A DNA stretch of 64,000 nt from Barthelona sp. PCE (lineage: Eukaryota), in assembly GCA_040285745.1 (NCBI GenBank), contig JAUFOR010000002.1, positions 124,001-188,000 on the forward strand, written 5' to 3'. The notes under the pieces were generated by a model that searched no databases, was not told the origin of the DNA, and saw nothing but the letters and a program-made list of their open reading frames with translations. The translations under genes were made by a program, and so were the position numbers. Each line of letters begins with the position of its first letter. The stretch's first letter is position 1. Shown in pieces: positions 60,976-64,000 of the stretch.

Positions 60976-62775
60976 TCATGTAAAACACCTCTTTACGCCT
61001 GATTCAAAACTTTCCTTAAGATCACCTGAATGTGAAGTTGATAGTACATAGATAACAGTATCGTGCGCAGCTCTGAACTGGAATCCACTCGTTAGAGTGT
61101 GTTGAGATCCACTTATGTATGAATGTTCACCCTTTCGCACAATAATCTTCTCCTTAATATACTGTGAGTCCTCAAATATTGATAGATAAGGAGCTGGTGG
61201 TTCAGTCCAATGAGGTAATACCATAATAAATCTCAACTCGTCTTCACGCTCCTCTGCATGGTCAAGCCACATGTTAAACCGAGTAGCACATTCAACCATA
61301 GGTTCCATAGCAAAAGGAGGGTTGGCTTCAAAAGTTCCATTACGGGGCACGAATTGAAATCCTGAACCCCTTGAGCCAAAGAATTGGTCAATGTCAGGGA
61401 ATGCTGAACAAAACACAGGGAAGTAACAGTTAAAAGGAGAGGCAAACATCTCCATGCCACACTTGGCATCAGTTCCCAAAAACGAGAACAAGGACTGAGG
61501 AATTGCAGAGTGGAATGTACTTCCTCTCAGCCAGTTGGTCTTATCCCATCCCTTATTGTCCATTAAACACGAATATCTACACATGAGACAGAAAACAAAA
61601 ACGAGCAGATCCTGTTGGTCGTATTTGATGCGTAGAGACAGTTTCATGCCTTCATTGCGTCTCTGATTCATGTGCATTTCATAGAGGCGCTTCAACTTAT
61701 CGTAGTGCACACGTGATATGTAGAATGCAGATTTCTTCTCACAGTGCTGGATAACAACCATATCTTCTTTGAGAGAGCCTTTAACGAACTTGAACACGTG
61801 CCTGTTGATGTCTTCGTGGTCACTGTCAACACGTGTGTGTAACAGTTGAACACAGTCATTAGATGGGGATTGTTGGGTGAGAGAAGTAATACTTTCGCTG
61901 ACAAATGACTCTAATTCGCTAAACAACTCGGTTTCGTCAATATAATTAGCAACAAACGTCTCACACTCACTCTTAAATTCGCGACTCATATCCTTCAGCA
62001 ACTCAATCTTATCAGCATCAAAATCCTCAATCATACTCTTCACCAGATCATTGTAAGCAACGAAATGTTCCATGAGAGAGTGGTCTTCGCCCAATTCCAT
62101 TTGAGAAAATGCCTTTTCAGTCAGATTAGCAAATTTCTTACATTTCTTAACACAATAGTTATCATCAATTCCATCAAGATATAATCTAGCCGGAAAATCA
62201 TTAATGAGCTCAGTACGAAGTAACATAAAATCAAGAACGTTGGCAGAACCAAGCACGGGATCACAAAAATGTTCAGTATCACCTACAAAATAACAACCAT
62301 CTTCATTATATCTTGTCAGCATCAAGCGGGCATAAATCCAGCGATTAAAAGACTCCTTAGGGACTCGCAATTTAAATTCTGAGCACAAATGACGCCACTT
62401 CTTTTTGACATCAAGAACAGTATTGTAACGCAAAAGTTCGATATCTGGGTCAATTGCACAATCAGGAACATAACTAACACCTTTTGTGGCAAACATGATG
62501 TCGTTGGCCAAGGCAATGGGTGACTTTGAACCTAAAAACTGTTTTTGAGACATTGAAGATCTAATGGGAGTGTATTTATCTCTTCTTGGTCTAGTAAGAG
62601 TAATCTTGACACGTTCCTCACTTGGTGGTTGTGATTTTTGCTGTTTTCTACCCTGTTTGCGTGTTTTAGTTTTACGTGTTTTAGTGTTTGCCTCAAGTTT
62701 ACGATTCTTTAATCTTTCGTAAAGCGCAGGCACGCCCTTCTTCTTTTTGTTGCCCTTTTCAGAAATAGATTGCAT
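60976..62775 (-). CDS. PCIF1: PCIF1/CAPAM-like cap-specific adenosine N6-methyltransferase
   Basis: EMFASPFNCYF..FCSAFPDIDQFFGSRG, GTFEANPPF (catalytic NPPF), PKESFNRW, HSYISGSQH. Confidence 0.85.
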   Translation of the reverse strand: MQSISEKGNKKKKGVPALYERLKNRKLEANTKTRKTKTRKQGRKQQKSQPPSEERVKITLTRPRRDKYTPIRSSMSQKQFLGSKSPIALANDIMFATKGVSYVPDCAIDPDIELLRYNTVLDVKKKWRHLCSEFKLRVPKESFNRWIYARLMLTRYNEDGCYFVGDTEHFCDPVLGSANVLDFMLLRTELINDFPARLYLDGIDDNYCVKKCKKFANLTEKAFSQMELGEDHSLMEHFVAYNDLVKSMIEDFDADKIELLKDMSREFKSECETFVANYIDETELFSELESFVSESITSLTQQSPSNDCVQLLHTRVDSDHEDINRHVFKFVKGSLKEDMVVIQHCEKKSAFYISRVHYDKLKRLYEMHMNQRRNEGMKLSLRIKYDQQDLLVFVFCLMCRYSCLMDNKGWDKTNWLRGSTFHSAIPQSLFSFLGTDAKCGMEMFASPFNCYFPVFCSAFPDIDQFFGSRGSGFQFVPRNGTFEANPPFAMEPMVECATRFNMWLDHAEEREDELRFIMVLPHWTEPPAPYLSIFEDSQYIKEKIIVRKGEHSYISGSQHTLTSGFQFRAAHDTVIYVLSTSHSGDLKESFESGVKRCFT

Positions 62776-63157
62776 TGAAAAAAAATAGAAGAGATAAAAC
62801 GAGCTGAAAACTTGTGTTTTTTAATTATGTAAGCTTTTTGTTCGAGATAGTGAACCTTATTTGTAAATCAAGGGTATCTACCTTAAGAAAATCCAATAAA
62901 CTTGGAAATAATGTACGTTTTTTTTGTAATCAAAACTTTTTCAACAGTAAACAATGTATTTAGACAACAGAATCTTATACTTTTGTCATCTTCTTCCTGA
63001 AGATCATCAAGAATTTGGTTGACATTAATGTTGCAGAGAACGTTTCCATTTTTCTTTAAAGAGTCTCGAATTATTATGTTTCTTAAAGTTTGGTCATAAC
63101 CTGACCGTATGCTAGCAGAGCAACTTTTTTTGATAAAATTAGCTGATAGAGAAATGT

Positions 63158-64000
63158 TTACTCATCTTGAGGATCAAAAATGATTGCTTCATATACTTTT
63201 GATTCTATAATACCATTTGCAACAAAGTAAAGGTTATTGCTTCGGACAACAAATTTACCTTCATTCTCTTCAATTGGATATCTCTTCACAACATCAAAAT
63301 CTCGAATAACAATAATTTCTTGCGTATCATTAAAAGCATAAATATGACTCTTGAAGTAGATACACTCTTTTATACGTCCAGTTCCGATACTCGTTGCAGC
63401 ATCTGCTACGAGTGACACTGATCCTTCTGCAAAATTAGAAAGAATCCCATCATTAATTGTGATGAGACTGTAAAATTTGTCTGAAAGGAATGCAACAAGA
63501 TATTCTTTGCATAGAACAACAGAAGAGATATCATGCTCAAAGGATAAACAAACTAAACCAACAGGATAAGATCCAGATATATCGAAACATATAATCTCCG
63601 AACCTTTGACACCTTTCGATTTAATTACGACAATAATTACAGTTTCATTAATGAATACAATGTCTTGTATTATTGCTGACGTGTTTGGCATTTGGAATTC
63701 TTTTGTTAGAAAGACGTGATGTTGGAGCACACCCTTGAGGAATTCATTAGACGGAATACAAGCGATGCGTATAATGTTCTTGCGACAAAGAACGATGCGG
63801 GATCCATGGGGGCTGGCGTGGACAGTGGAGTATCGGTTGAGCTCGTAAAAAGAATGTTCCAAGACAGTAAAATCATTATTAAGCACAACAATACCCTTCT
63901 GGGTGAGACATACAAGCTTATTTCCGGCCTGACATACGCTCTTTGTTTCTTCCATCACATCAACCGTAATTAGATCTTTTGGTCTCCTCACGTAACCAAC
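63158..64000 (-). CDS. 3' part of a beta-strand-rich (propeller-like) hypothetical protein; 5'-truncated by the window edge
   Basis: The frame is open to the window end. Confidence 0.55.
   Translation of the reverse strand, partial: VGYVRRPKDLITVDVMEETKSVCQAGNKLVCLTQKGIVVLNNDFTVLEHSFYELNRYSTVHASPHGSRIVLCRKNIIRIACIPSNEFLKGVLQHHVFLTKEFQMPNTSAIIQDIVFINETVIIVVIKSKGVKGSEIICFDISGSYPVGLVCLSFEHDISSVVLCKEYLVAFLSDKFYSLITINDGILSNFAEGSVSLVADAATSIGTGRIKECIYFKSHIYAFNDTQEIIVIRDFDVVKRYPIEENEGKFVVRSNNLYFVANGIIESKVYEAIIFDPQDE

Noticed and set aside
62880-63161. Intron (GTAAAC) extending the last gene into 62880-63100
   Set aside because: No convincing branch/acceptor combination giving a sustained open frame was found.
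1-64000. CRISPR arrays, tRNAs, rRNAs, a reassigned genetic code
   Set aside because: No repeat-spacer array, cloverleaf or rRNA was recognised. TAA, TAG and TGA all terminate conserved proteins at expected positions.

Overview
A 64-kb, very gene-dense, almost intron-free eukaryotic genomic window in the standard code, with about 36 protein genes. Several features point by inference to an anaerobic flagellated protist, probably a metamonad or fornicate relative: a Giardia-like beta-tubulin, methionine gamma-lyase, a short GTATGT intron and bacterial-type enzymes. Recognisable genes include cyclin B, RRN3, a BRWD/PHIP-like bromodomain protein, a CENP-C-like cupin protein, METTL14, UTP6, a HAUS4-like protein, beta-tubulin, PSMA1, UTP22, a MAPK, MGL, CAP-D2, RPC2, UCH37, an FHA-adenylate cyclase, NOP2 and PCIF1. 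The most striking non-coding feature is a 2.9-kb palindromic RNA-gene locus at 23552-26461. Its two 723-bp arms are perfect inverted copies, each carrying an outward-facing U3 snoRNA plus an inward-facing structured element, and the spacer holds an unidentified rod-like RNA of about 215 nt. Also found: a second unidentified structured RNA (6730-6863), one well-supported 43-nt intron, a candidate 43-nt non-canonical GT-CG intron, and a 53-aa tail-anchored ORF missed by the ORF track. All family calls come from remembered motifs; no searches were run.
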